A stretch of DNA of 57,377 bases, from assembly GCA_046045965.1 (NCBI GenBank), contig JBJOKS010000029.1, positions 1 to 57,377 on the forward strand. Direction: 5' to 3'. Positions 7,839 through 17,947 of this stretch are shown in pieces. Made by a program: the position numbers and the translations under genes. The notes under the pieces are model-generated. The model did no database searches. It worked only from the letters and a program-made list of their open reading frames with translations, and was not told the origin of the DNA. Each line of letters begins with the position of its first letter. Within the stretch, counting starts at the first letter, position 1. Origin of the DNA: Cyanobacteriota bacterium. Lineage in GTDB: Bacteria; Cyanobacteriota; Cyanobacteriia; Cyanobacteriales; Nostocaceae.

Positions 7839-10800
7839 TTAATTTTTTTCCTCCAAAATCAAAATCGAATCTGCACTGCGTCCAAATTCTTCTGGTGCAT
7901 ATTGCAGATGTACTTCTGCACCAGGCCAGAGGAATGTTCCCGGAGTCACAGAACGGACTAAATAATGTAAATTGTAAACTCCAGTTTCCAAATGATCTGC
8001 ATAGGAAATAATCCGATCTTTATAGATATTTTTATATTCTAATTGCCAATTATCAGCTTTAGCTTGTAATGCTGTTGTCGCTGTTTGAAAACTTTGATCA
8101 ACCGCTTCCAAACCAGCAGGTAAAGGATCTTTAATTACCAAATGATCAATAGGATGATCGGTAATTATTTCTAAACCAATATCAAACACTTCTCCCGGTT
8201 GTAATTTCAAGGGTTTATCAAAAGCATACATTCCCGTTTTTTGAATCACTTTTTCATCATTAACTTTACTAATTTCTCTCGTTACTCGTAAACCATTGAA
8301 TCTTCCTGGTTGCTTTCCTTGTAAACGATAACTGTAAGCAGCTAAATAATGTAAATTACCCTTTCCTGATTTTTGCACAACTAAATCATGACGACCACGG
8401 GGTAATTTATCCATTGGAATATTTACCTGTAAACTCGGATTTTCATAACCATTAAATCTGGTTTCTGCTAACTTTTTACCTGCTAATTTTACCGTAGCTG
8501 CAAAATTCGGTGGTGTGGGTTGCAGTTGACTATATTCTACCAAAGCTGTTAAAGCTTGGGCATTATTATAACTGGTTGTCCACGTACCATCACGACGTAA
8601 ATTTAACAGACTTTGGAATAATTTATCAATGATTTCTGGTGAGGTTTTTTGGTCAATAAATAACCGTAAAGCTTGCGCTTGGGTGGTTGTCGGTGAACCC
8701 ATCCAACTCCAACTCTGGGGTAAATTTACAACTGCATTACGTCCAGTTTCATAGATATTCTTTTGAAATTCCACTCGCATAATTTGCGCTTGATCTTGCC
8801 ATTCTGTAAACTGATATAAATATCGCGCTAATTTAACTTGTGTGGCGACATCAAAATTATCATGTTGTTGATAAATATCCGAGAGGAAACTATTGCGTTT
8901 ATCACCTAATTCTGATAAAGCAATTAAAGAATTAAGTCGCAGTTGTGCTTGACAAAGTTTTGCTTTACAAAAATCATATTGTCCAGGGTTAGCAAGCACC
9001 TTTTGTAAATAACTTTTCAGTCGAGATAATACTTGATTATCTACTAAATTGGGATAAACTTGATTAGCTTTAACTAAAGACTCCGCAGCATAAGTAGAAA
9101 CCCAAGGATCAGATTTTTCTTGTCCGGGGAAAGCTGCAAAACCACCATCAGCAATTTGTAATTTTTGTAGTTGTTCTATTGCTAGGTTAGCTTGTTTTTG
9201 GGGGTTAAATTCTACAAAGGTTTGATTATATTTTTGACCGAGAGTTTGCAAATTAGTAGCAATTAATAATTGACTCGCTGCTGGTTCTGCAAAGGGTAAA
9301 TCATTTTCTGTGAAAACCTGTTTTGCAGGTGCTTGAATTTCAGGAATTAAGGTACTAGCTAATTGAATTTCTAAACCTCCGGTTTCTGGGAAGGTATTTT
9401 TATCAATATTCAGGGGAATTTTAATTTGATCCCCCCTTTGTCCCCCCTTATTAATAGGGGAAATGATACCCGTTTCTACAACTTGTTCTGTAATTTCTAA
9501 AGGTTTAATTTCTAAAGGTACTGTAAACGCATCAGCGAAATTATTTAACTTAGTTGCAAAGGTAATTTTACCTTCTCCCGCATTTTCCGCAAATATGGGA
9601 AAACGATAAGCTTGGGTTTTTGATTCTACTTTTGTTCTTAAATTTGTGGTTTTAGGGTTATTTTCTGCAAAGATGAGAGAACCGCTAACTTCACCGTTAA
9701 TATTGAGAGTTCCAGTGTTTCCAGTGGTGTTGGTAACGGATAAACCTGCAAAAATGCGATCGCCTGATCTAGCAAATTGTGGGATAATCGCATTAGTTAT
9801 TAATGGTTTAGTAGTAATAAACGTCTCCTCACCATTTCCAAACCGCAAATTTCCATCTGTAGCAACAACCATCACTCGCCAAGTTGTTAAATCATCTGGT
9901 AATTTAAAACTAACAGTAGCTTGGCCATTTTCATCACTAATTACAGAACCATTGTAATAAGCTAAAGGTTGAAAATTCTCCCGAATACGAGTATTAGCTA
10001 AAGCACTGGATAAACCACCACCATAACCCCAACCTTTGGGTAACATTGCAGCTTTAGGAATTAACCTCACATCAGGACGGTTGTCACTAAACCGGGTAGA
10101 AATTGGTTGTTCTGCATAAACAGTATCTACCAAATTTGGAGGACGATAACCCGCAAGTTGTAACACCGCTTCATTGACAACCATGACAGTAAATTGTCCT
10201 GAAGTTGGTTTTTCTTGATTATCTTTTAATTCTAGTTTTAAAGTTTCCTCTTTTCCTGGTTCTACACTTTTTTGATTTAGTTGAATTTGCACTTTTAAAT
10301 ATTTATCTTCCAAATTAACCTTAAAAGGTGCAAAACCTATTTTAGATAAATTATCCAAACTCTCTAAAGTTTGTTTTTCTACCTGATTTAATGGTTTACC
10401 TTGTCTAACTAACACCGCTTGCACTGCTGCATTAGGTAACATTTCTGGGGTAATTGTAAACTGAATTTGTGGCGCACTTCCCTTAATTGTGGTAACTTGT
10501 TGATAGAGAGGTTTATCTTTAATCACCGCAAAATATAATTCCCCTTCTGTATAAGGAGATTGAATTAAAGCAGTAGCAATTTCACCAACTTTAAATTCTT
10601 TTTTATTTAACTTCACTTGCAATTTATCCTTTTCAGTTCCACCCCAAAATACTTGATTTTCTCCCGTTACCCAAATTTGTAAATCGGTAGCTGTAATTTC
10701 ATCTCTACTACCAATAAAATTAGCACGAATACGATAAGTACCAGATTCTTTAGGTGTTAAATTTACCGTTTTGGGAATACTTGAAGATTTAACTTCAGTT

Positions 10801-13577
10801 TTAGCAACCGTTTGATATTCAACTTGATTTTTCGGAGTTCTACTACCTTCAATGACTTGAGTTACACTACTATATTTTATCTCTTGTAATTCTAAACTTA
10901 CCCTTTGATTTTCTAAAGGTTTTCCTTTTGCATCAGTAACAATAAATTCTACAGGAAAATCCTTTCCTGCATCAGCAACAAAATTACTTTTTAAACCAAT
11001 AAGTATATCACTAGGTAAAGCGGTGAAAGTTTGAGAATTAGCAACCGATAAATTAGAAACATCCGCAACTTGCACATCTACCCGGTAAGTCATGGGGTAA
11101 GGTAAATCTTTAGCTACCGTTACCGTTTGACTATTTTTACCACCAGCATCTAATTGAGACTTAGTTTGTAAAACATCACTAGGAACATTAGGACTTTCTT
11201 CCGGCCAAAACCACTGTCTACCAAAACTGAATTGTTCCCAACCTTTGGGAATAAAATTAGTTTGTTGACGGGTAACAAAATATTTAGCTTCTCCCCCTTC
11301 TACTGGTGAACCAAATAAATAATTACTGCTAACATCAGCATTCACTGATTCACCAATTAACGCAAACTCTTTATTTAGCTGTACATCAACTTGAAAATTC
11401 GGTGGTTTAAATTCAGCAACCCGAAAATCACCAGAAATTTCTCTACCATTTGCACCTTTAGCTTCAATTCTATAATATCCTAAAGGTTGATTTTTTTGAA
11501 TTGGTAACTCTAAAGAAAATATGCCAAAATCATTGGTAGTTTTTGTTCCTAAATTAGAATTTTCACCATTAGGACTGAATAAAGTTAATTTATAATCGGC
11601 ATTTTTATCCTGTTTAATTTCCCCAGCTTCTAAAAAATCTGCAAAAGCAGTAAATACAGCTTTTTCCCCTGGTTGATATAACTGTCTATCAGAAAAAATT
11701 ACCCCTCTTGATACTGGTTTACCATCATCCCAACCTGGATAAATACCATAACCATAACTACCGCTATATTCTTGGGTTCTTGTAAATGCCCAATCTTGAT
11801 TTTCACGGGCTATAATTAATAAATCAGGTAATTTTTGCTCATTGTTTAAACATTGTTGTAATTCATTTTTATCAATCCTCAAACTTCCACTCTCATCTGT
11901 TTTACCAGTTACACATGATGTAGGTTGAGAACGGGATTTTTGATATAATTTCGATTGATAGATTTCAATGTTTGCAGCTTTTACAGGTGAACCATCACTT
12001 AAATGATGAACTCTGACTAACCCCGACTCTGGAAACCATTGACCAAATACACCTAAATTTGTTAACTGCACCATTCCATAAGTCGTTGGTTCTCTCCATA
12101 ATTGTTTATTATTTTCTTGATATTTATTAGTTCTTGCTTGTACACCATAAGCTAACATTCCCTGAATATTTCCCAACTTGTCTTTTAAGGGAACAGAAAC
12201 ATTAACCGGTTGATTTTTTTTCCCTGATACCTTGAAGCTTTGCCAATTTTCTGGTTTAGGTAATAAATCATTAGCATTATTAGTATAAACCAAATCCGTA
12301 GGTTTAACTACTTGATAATCTGCTTTATATTTAGATTCCGGTAAGTTGACAGTATTAATATTTAACTGTAAATCTTGATTTGTCGGAAAAATATTTAAAT
12401 CTCCAGTAACTTGAATATCTCCTGCTAAATCACCAGTATTATATTTAATAGATACTGGTTTACCTAAAGTTTGCCCAAACTTATCTTTGAGATTTCGGTC
12501 AATATTAATTGTATAAGTCTTAGCTGGTTCTAAACTATATGGATTAATACTTACAATTCTATCTTCATCATAGATTTGTAAAACTCTATCAATATCTTTA
12601 GGTTGGGGACTAATTGTAATATGTGCTTTTACCGATTCTGGTAATAATACATTATTGAATTGTAACTGCGGACTACCTTTAACAAACCTACCAAAAGTTC
12701 CACCAGCATCGGGTTGTCCATAATTTTTAATTCCCTCAAATGCTAAAGGTGAATAAGTTACCAACTTACTCACAAACTCTTGATCACTGGGTAAATTTCC
12801 ATAAGCAGGAAGAATACCAGGAGAAAAAGTTAAACGGTAGGATTTTGCTTTTTCTAGATTTTGACGCGGAGTGATATTATAAACCCAATTTTTAGCAGAA
12901 GGGTCAAACTTTGCTAAAGGATCTAAATTTTCAACTTCCTCTGATTTTGCTAACTCTACCTGAAAACCCACCCCTTGATTTTTTCCTTCAGGAATTAATT
13001 GTAAATGTTGTTGTACCGAATTTACATCTAATTCTAAATTTGAAGTAAATTGTAATTGAGGTTGTAGCTCAACTGGTGCAACTTCCGCTTTTTCCATCGG
13101 GTTAACACCAGGTAAATTAGTAATTTTAATTTCTTCAGTTTGAAAAGTCCAAGCTAAATCTTCATCCAAACGATGATTTTTTAAATCTGCTAAACCAGCT
13201 TTCAAAGTAACTTGCAATCTTGTAGATTTCGGTAAAGCTTTATCAGCTTGAAAACCCACCATACGCGGAGTTAAAAAACGAAACTTACCCGGTAAAGGAG
13301 GCCAAATTGTAAACTTAGTTAATAAATCCTGCTGTTGAGGACTATCAAGACTTTCCACAGGAATTAAAGCTTCCTTAAACCGAATCCTAACTTGATTGAG
13401 ATTACCTGCATCTCCCAAAGGACTGATTTGTTCTATCCAATCTGGTAAATTTGGGGGTGTAATTTGTGCCACCGTTGGTAACTTTTCCTTACCCGGAGTG
13501 ACACCAACCAAACTACAACCAGATATACCTAATATTAAAATGATAATAAATAGAAAACTTCGTAATTTCATAATCAT
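7839..13577 (-). CDS. Bacterial alpha-2-macroglobulin family lipoprotein
   Basis: Lipobox ISGC, FSDRQLYQPGE, FRVAEFKPP, KLPDDLTTWR, DPLPAGLE, RSVTPGTF..P.A...Y.PE. Located next to pbpC. Confidence 0.92.
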   Translation of the reverse strand: MIMKLRSFLFIIILILGISGCSLVGVTPGKEKLPTVAQITPPNLPDWIEQISPLGDAGNLNQVRIRFKEALIPVESLDSPQQQDLLTKFTIWPPLPGKFRFLTPRMVGFQADKALPKSTRLQVTLKAGLADLKNHRLDEDLAWTFQTEEIKITNLPGVNPMEKAEVAPVELQPQLQFTSNLELDVNSVQQHLQLIPEGKNQGVGFQVELAKSEEVENLDPLAKFDPSAKNWVYNITPRQNLEKAKSYRLTFSPGILPAYGNLPSDQEFVSKLVTYSPLAFEGIKNYGQPDAGGTFGRFVKGSPQLQFNNVLLPESVKAHITISPQPKDIDRVLQIYDEDRIVSINPYSLEPAKTYTINIDRNLKDKFGQTLGKPVSIKYNTGDLAGDIQVTGDLNIFPTNQDLQLNINTVNLPESKYKADYQVVKPTDLVYTNNANDLLPKPENWQSFKVSGKKNQPVNVSVPLKDKLGNIQGMLAYGVQARTNKYQENNKQLWREPTTYGMVQLTNLGVFGQWFPESGLVRVHHLSDGSPVKAANIEIYQSKLYQKSRSQPTSCVTGKTDESGSLRIDKNELQQCLNNEQKLPDLLIIARENQDWAFTRTQEYSGSYGYGIYPGWDDGKPVSRGVIFSDRQLYQPGEKAVFTAFADFLEAGEIKQDKNADYKLTLFSPNGENSNLGTKTTNDFGIFSLELPIQKNQPLGYYRIEAKGANGREISGDFRVAEFKPPNFQVDVQLNKEFALIGESVNADVSSNYLFGSPVEGGEAKYFVTRQQTNFIPKGWEQFSFGRQWFWPEESPNVPSDVLQTKSQLDAGGKNSQTVTVAKDLPYPMTYRVDVQVADVSNLSVANSQTFTALPSDILIGLKSNFVADAGKDFPVEFIVTDAKGKPLENQRVSLELQEIKYSSVTQVIEGSRTPKNQVEYQTVAKTEVKSSSIPKTVNLTPKESGTYRIRANFIGSRDEITATDLQIWVTGENQVFWGGTEKDKLQVKLNKKEFKVGEIATALIQSPYTEGELYFAVIKDKPLYQQVTTIKGSAPQIQFTITPEMLPNAAVQAVLVRQGKPLNQVEKQTLESLDNLSKIGFAPFKVNLEDKYLKVQIQLNQKSVEPGKEETLKLELKDNQEKPTSGQFTVMVVNEAVLQLAGYRPPNLVDTVYAEQPISTRFSDNRPDVRLIPKAAMLPKGWGYGGGLSSALANTRIRENFQPLAYYNGSVISDENGQATVSFKLPDDLTTWRVMVVATDGNLRFGNGEETFITTKPLITNAIIPQFARSGDRIFAGLSVTNTTGNTGTLNINGEVSGSLIFAENNPKTTNLRTKVESKTQAYRFPIFAENAGEGKITFATKLNNFADAFTVPLEIKPLEITEQVVETGIISPINKGGQRGDQIKIPLNIDKNTFPETGGLEIQLASTLIPEIQAPAKQVFTENDLPFAEPAASQLLIATNLQTLGQKYNQTFVEFNPQKQANLAIEQLQKLQIADGGFAAFPGQEKSDPWVSTYAAESLVKANQVYPNLVDNQVLSRLKSYLQKVLANPGQYDFCKAKLCQAQLRLNSLIALSELGDKRNSFLSDIYQQHDNFDVATQVKLARYLYQFTEWQDQAQIMRVEFQKNIYETGRNAVVNLPQSWSWMGSPTTTQAQALRLFIDQKTSPEIIDKLFQSLLNLRRDGTWTTSYNNAQALTALVEYSQLQPTPPNFAATVKLAGKKLAETRFNGYENPSLQVNIPMDKLPRGRHDLVVQKSGKGNLHYLAAYSYRLQGKQPGRFNGLRVTREISKVNDEKVIQKTGMYAFDKPLKLQPGEVFDIGLEIITDHPIDHLVIKDPLPAGLEAVDQSFQTATTALQAKADNWQLEYKNIYKDRIISYADHLETGVYNLHYLVRSVTPGTFLWPGAEVHLQYAPEEFGRSADSILILEEKN
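9428..9460. repeat. Single degenerate copy of the GATCCCCCC...AAGGGGG repeat inside the A2M gene
   Basis: gatcccccctttgtccccccttattaatagggg, translated on the minus strand as ...PINKGGQRGD. Same family as the pbpC insert. Confidence 0.65.
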
Positions 13578-13704
13578 AATTTTTTTATGTATAAATTGAA
13601 TAACTTCTGAATAACATCAAACTCTTATTCCTCTGCGTTCTCTGTGTCCTCTGCGGTAAATTATTCCGTAACTCCTGCTTAAATCGTAAAATTATCAATC
13701 AAAA

Positions 13705-13734
13705 TGTTGGGTTTCCTTTGTCAACCCAACCTAC
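13705..13734. repeat. REP-like palindrome
   Basis: GTTGGGTT-tcctttgtc-AACCCAAC-ctac hairpin. Related arms occur at about 26560-26582. Confidence 0.65.
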
Positions 13735-13833
13735 TTATATAGATAACCAAAAGAGTGTAATAATTTCCCGAAATTAACACAAATCTTAAAAATTAAGAAA
13801 TCTTACATCTTTACGAAATCACCTTCACAGCAA

Positions 13834-16323
13834 TTGAAATCTAAACTTATGAAACTTAAAACTCTAACTCTCCGCGTCTCCGCGTCTCTGCGTGAGATAA
13901 AACCCTATTTCCGTTATCTCAATAAATACATCCTCACCATCATCATCATTTGCTGCATCGTGCGGATAACACCTTATTTTATCCCCATTCACAGTCAAGA
14001 TATCGCTCAAAAACAACTAGCATTGCAATTTACAGATCGTAATAATTTACCATTAGGAACAATCCTCACCCGTGACCAAGAGCATACATCAATTGTCCCA
14101 TTAAATCAAGTCTCTCCCCAATTTATCAACGCCATTTTAGCAGCAGAAGATGGCAGATTTTATCAACATGGTGCTGTTGATTTAAAAGCCATTATCCGCG
14201 CTATTCAAGATAGTATCAAACATCAAAAAATCGTTTCCGGTGCTTCCACAATCACCATGCAATTAGCGCGAATGTTGGATAATTCACCCCGGACTATTTC
14301 TGCAAAATTAAAAGAAATTTGGTTATCTTGGCGGTTATTTGCCGGCATGAGTAAAGAGGAAATTTTAGCAGCTTATATTAATCGTCTACCAATGGGAGGG
14401 AATATTTATGGTGTAGAAGCAGCATCACAAATTTATTTTTCAACTTCTGGAAAGAATTTAAATTTAGCCCAAGCTTCCCTGTTAGCTGCTATTCCTAATA
14501 ATCCTACCTATTTCAATCCTTATCAACATTGGGAAAGATTAAAGAAAAGGCAACAATATGTTTTAAATCAAATGGTACAAGATGGATATATTTCTAGTGA
14601 GGAAGCTGAAAGAATATATCAGGAAAAGGTTGTTTTTAAAACCCGTGAACAGGGAATTATTGCTGCACCTCATTTTTTGTTTTGGTTAGCAAAGCAGATC
14701 CCCCCAACCCCCCTTTTCAAGGGGGGCTTAATTGACTATGAAATTTCAACTAAGAAAAAGGGGGGCTTAATTGACTATGAAATTTCAACAAAGGATAGAG
14801 GTGATCAACCAGGCTTTATTCCCCCCTTATTAAGGGGGGTTAGGGGGGATCAATCTATTATTCAAACTACAATTAATCGTCCTTTGCAACAATTTGTAGA
14901 AGCACAAGTACAACAAGTTATTGATTCTTTATCTGATAATAATGTTGATGACGCAGCAGCTTTAGTCATTGATAATCACGCTGGGGAGGTTTTAGCTTAT
15001 GTCGGTTCACCTGATTATTTTAATGATGTGAAATTAGGAAGAAATGATGGAGTACAAGCTTTGCGTCAACCAGGTTCTACTTTGAAGCCGTTTGTGTATG
15101 AATTAGCTTTAGAAAAAGGCGTAATTAAACCTAATTCGATCTTAGCTGATGTTCCTTCTCATTACGCAATTCCAGGGGCAAAATTATATAGTCCCACGGA
15201 TTATTCTAACAGTTTTCTCGGTCCTGTGCGAGTGAGAGTTGCTTTAGCAAATTCTTTGAATGTTCCTGCGGTGAGAGTATTAGAAAAAGTTGGTGTCCAA
15301 ACTTTCTTAAATCGGTTGCATGAGTTGGGGTTTGAAAACTTAAATCAAAGTGCTGAATATTACGGTTTAGGTTTGACTTTAGGAAGCGGTGAAGTAAGTT
15401 TATGGGAACTAGCCAGGGCTTATTTAACTATGGTACGATTGGGTCAAAATACGCCATTAGTAACTATTTTAAATAATTCTCCAGTCACCAGCCAGCAGTC
15501 TCCAGTTTCCCACCCCAAAAACTGGCAATTAATTATTAATATGTTGAGCGATCGCTATGCCCGTGCCACTGCTTTTGGTGTAGACTCAGTATTAAATTTG
15601 CCCTTCGCTGCGGCTGTCAAAACTGGCACTTCTTCCAATTATCGGGATACATGGACTGTTGGCTTTTCTAGTCATTACACCGTTGCTACTTGGGTGGGAA
15701 ACTTTAATGGTGAACCCATGCGTCAAGTATCTGGTGTTACCGGATCTGCACCTTTATGGAATCGCATCATGTTACATTTGCATGAGAATAAACCACCCGC
15801 AGATTTTTCACTACCAAAGGGATTAGTGCAGTTACCCATTTGTGCTAATACAGGGTTAAAGCCTACACCTGATTGTAGTTCAGTGGTGCAGGAATATTTC
15901 TCTTTAGAAGATAAAATTGCTTATGAAAATTCTGCTGATTTTCGTTTATCACCTGTGTATGATGAATGGTTAGCAAAACAGCCACAAGCGAATTTTACAT
16001 CTGATAATTTAAGGATTTTATCTCCCCGGAATGGGGATTTATTTCTACTGTCTCCTGGTGCCCAAGGACAGCAAAAACTAGAGTTTAAACTTGCAGGTAA
16101 TTCTCATCAGTCTGTAGAGTGGTGGTTAAATGGTCAAAAGTTATCGGCACAATCAAATAATGAAAGATTTTGGCATTTACGTCCTGGTAATTGGACTCTA
16201 GAAGCTAGAGTTGGCCAGATGCACCAGCAAATAAATTTTCGGGTAGAGGTAGGAAATATCCAACCTACAAGACAAGGTTTTTCTGTAGCACATCCGACTA
16301 TTTCCCCACATTCTGAAAATTGA
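13834..16323 (+). CDS. pbpC: Penicillin-binding protein 1C
   Basis: Transglycosylase motifs (EDGRFYQH, GASTITMQLAR), transpeptidase STLK, SLN and KTG, C-terminal BiPBP domain. True start is uncertain (ATG 13849 or later). Confidence 0.92.
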   Translation: MKSKLMKLKTLTLRVSASLREIKPYFRYLNKYILTIIIICCIVRITPYFIPIHSQDIAQKQLALQFTDRNNLPLGTILTRDQEHTSIVPLNQVSPQFINAILAAEDGRFYQHGAVDLKAIIRAIQDSIKHQKIVSGASTITMQLARMLDNSPRTISAKLKEIWLSWRLFAGMSKEEILAAYINRLPMGGNIYGVEAASQIYFSTSGKNLNLAQASLLAAIPNNPTYFNPYQHWERLKKRQQYVLNQMVQDGYISSEEAERIYQEKVVFKTREQGIIAAPHFLFWLAKQIPPTPLFKGGLIDYEISTKKKGGLIDYEISTKDRGDQPGFIPPLLRGVRGDQSIIQTTINRPLQQFVEAQVQQVIDSLSDNNVDDAAALVIDNHAGEVLAYVGSPDYFNDVKLGRNDGVQALRQPGSTLKPFVYELALEKGVIKPNSILADVPSHYAIPGAKLYSPTDYSNSFLGPVRVRVALANSLNVPAVRVLEKVGVQTFLNRLHELGFENLNQSAEYYGLGLTLGSGEVSLWELARAYLTMVRLGQNTPLVTILNNSPVTSQQSPVSHPKNWQLIINMLSDRYARATAFGVDSVLNLPFAAAVKTGTSSNYRDTWTVGFSSHYTVATWVGNFNGEPMRQVSGVTGSAPLWNRIMLHLHENKPPADFSLPKGLVQLPICANTGLKPTPDCSSVVQEYFSLEDKIAYENSADFRLSPVYDEWLAKQPQANFTSDNLRILSPRNGDLFLLSPGAQGQQKLEFKLAGNSHQSVEWWLNGQKLSAQSNNERFWHLRPGNWTLEARVGQMHQQINFRVEVGNIQPTRQGFSVAHPTISPHSEN
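14697..14851. mobile_element. MITE-like element inserted in frame in pbpC
   Basis: ~30-bp terminal inverted repeats (GATCCCCCCAACCCCCCTT...AAGGGGGGTTAGGGGGGATC) and an internal 32-bp direct repeat with period 39. Confidence 0.75.
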
Positions 16324-16419
16324 TTAATTTTTTAGAAAAAACATCTTTCTTCCGGAATGTGTCTAAAAAAAAATGATGTTATAAATTAGGACTGAAGTTT
16401 TTCTCCAAGGTATCGAACC

Positions 16420-16569
16420 ATGACAAACACACAAGAAACAAAATCTGCTAAAAAGACAAAACAGTCTTTTCCTCATGTTGATATTGGTACTCCTAAAGTG
16501 CCAGTCCGCAAAAGCAAAGCGAAAAAGCAGGAACGTGAATTACTCAGTGACTGGGAACACGCCAGTTAA
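16420..16569 (+). CDS. Small basic hypothetical protein (49 aa)
   Basis: MTNTQETKSAKKTKQSFPHVDIGTPKVPVRKSKAKKQERELLSDWEHAS with an AAGG RBS-like motif upstream. Below the ORF-track cutoff. Confidence 0.55.
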   Translation: MTNTQETKSAKKTKQSFPHVDIGTPKVPVRKSKAKKQERELLSDWEHAS

Positions 16570-16691
16570 AAAAATATAGCTTACAGGTTACAGAAAACAA
16601 ATAAACTTAACAACAAGACAGTACAGGCTCAAAAATTGTTAAATTAAGTTAACAATCAAGACTGTACAATGTGCTTTAGCTTAAGTTAAAT

Positions 16692-17612
16692 ATGAAAGTA
16701 GCAATCACGGGAGCAACGGGATTTGTCGGTAGTCGTTTGGTAAAGCGACTGCAAGATGAAGGTAATAGAATATTAGTGTTAAGCCGGAATACCAACTCTG
16801 CTCATAAGGTGTTTCCCTCTCAAGCTTTCCCAAATGTAGAAATTTTGGGCTATACACCTGGTGTATCCGGTGCTTGGCAAGATGCAGTGGCTGGTTGTGA
16901 TGGTGTGGTAAATTTGGCAGGAGAACCCATTGCAGAAGAACGCTGGACCCCAGAACGGAAGCAAGCAATTCTCAACAGCCGCAAACTGGGTACACAAAAA
17001 GTTGTGGAAGCTATAGCTAAAGCTAACCCCAAACCCACAGTCCTAGTCAACGCTTCAGCTATCGGTTACTATGGAACTAGTGAAACTGCTACTTTTGAAG
17101 AAAATAGCCCTTCAGGTCAAGATTTTTTAGCCCAAGTTTGTCAAGAGTGGGAAGCAGAAGCACAAAAGGTCACAAATGCTGGTGTACGCTTGGTAATTTT
17201 GCGCTTTGGTATTGTTTTAGGTCATGGTGGTGCTTTGGGGAAAATGATTACTCCCTTCAAACTTTTTGCAGGTGGTCCCATCGGTAGTGGTAGGCAGTGG
17301 TTTTCCTGGATTCACTTAGACGATATTGTTAACTTAATTATCCAAGCTTTAACTAAGTCGAATATGCAAGGCGTATATAATGCCACTGCACCCAATCCTG
17401 TGCGGATGAATGAGTTAAGTAATACAATGGGACAAGTGATGAATCGTCCTTCTTGGTTGCCTGTTCCTGGTTTTGCTTTAGAAGCGATGTTAGGAGATGG
17501 GGCAATTGTAGTTTTAGAAGGACAAAAAGTTTTACCTCAACGCACTCAAGCTTCAGGTTTTAATTATCAATATCCTAATTTGCAATCAGCACTGACCCAA
17601 ATTCTCACATAA
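16692..17612 (+). CDS. thyD: TIGR01777-family NAD-dependent epimerase/oxidoreductase (ThyD)
   Basis: ITGATGFVG, VVNLAGEPI, SAIGYYG, GSGRQWFSWIH, YNATAPNPV. Confidence 0.88.
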   Translation: MKVAITGATGFVGSRLVKRLQDEGNRILVLSRNTNSAHKVFPSQAFPNVEILGYTPGVSGAWQDAVAGCDGVVNLAGEPIAEERWTPERKQAILNSRKLGTQKVVEAIAKANPKPTVLVNASAIGYYGTSETATFEENSPSGQDFLAQVCQEWEAEAQKVTNAGVRLVILRFGIVLGHGGALGKMITPFKLFAGGPIGSGRQWFSWIHLDDIVNLIIQALTKSNMQGVYNATAPNPVRMNELSNTMGQVMNRPSWLPVPGFALEAMLGDGAIVVLEGQKVLPQRTQASGFNYQYPNLQSALTQILT

Positions 17613-17685
17613 TTAGTAATGGGTAATTGGTAATGGGTAATTGGTGATTAAATTACTATTCCCTATTCCCTATTCCCTATTCCCT
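17613..17685. repeat. STRR arrays (GGTAATT/GGTAATG and TATTCCC)
   Basis: Tandem heptamers read directly. Confidence 0.8.
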
Positions 17686-17726
17686 GAGCTAACTGATATT
17701 ATTGATATCCCAAACATGATATAAAT

Positions 17727-17947
17727 ATCGAAGAGCTTGCCTTTGATTATAACTGCGATCGCCTGAAAATTGAAGAAGCTATCCGCTGTGAATTACCTGT
17801 TGTTGCATGACCACACCTGAGTCAATTACTTTTTTTATTGATAGATGTTTAGGTACAGGAACTGTACCCGAAAAACTTCGCAATGCAGGTATTTTAGTGG
17901 AAATTCACGCAGTTTTTATCATAACTAACTTTTCATCAATTTCTTAG
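17727..17947 (+). pseudogene. Remnant of a DUF433 antitoxin C-terminus plus a truncated PIN-like (VapC45-type) toxin
   Basis: IEELAFDYNCDRLKIEEAIRCELPVVA* (17727-17810), ATGA-coupled to MTTPESITFFIDRCLGTGTVPEKLRNAGILVEIH (from 17807), which then loses similarity and stops at 17947. Confidence 0.7.

Noticed and set aside
4394..13577. Integrated plasmid or prophage around the Rep gene
   Set aside because: No integrase, partition, conjugation or phage genes and no att repeats seen. Neighbours look like host genes.
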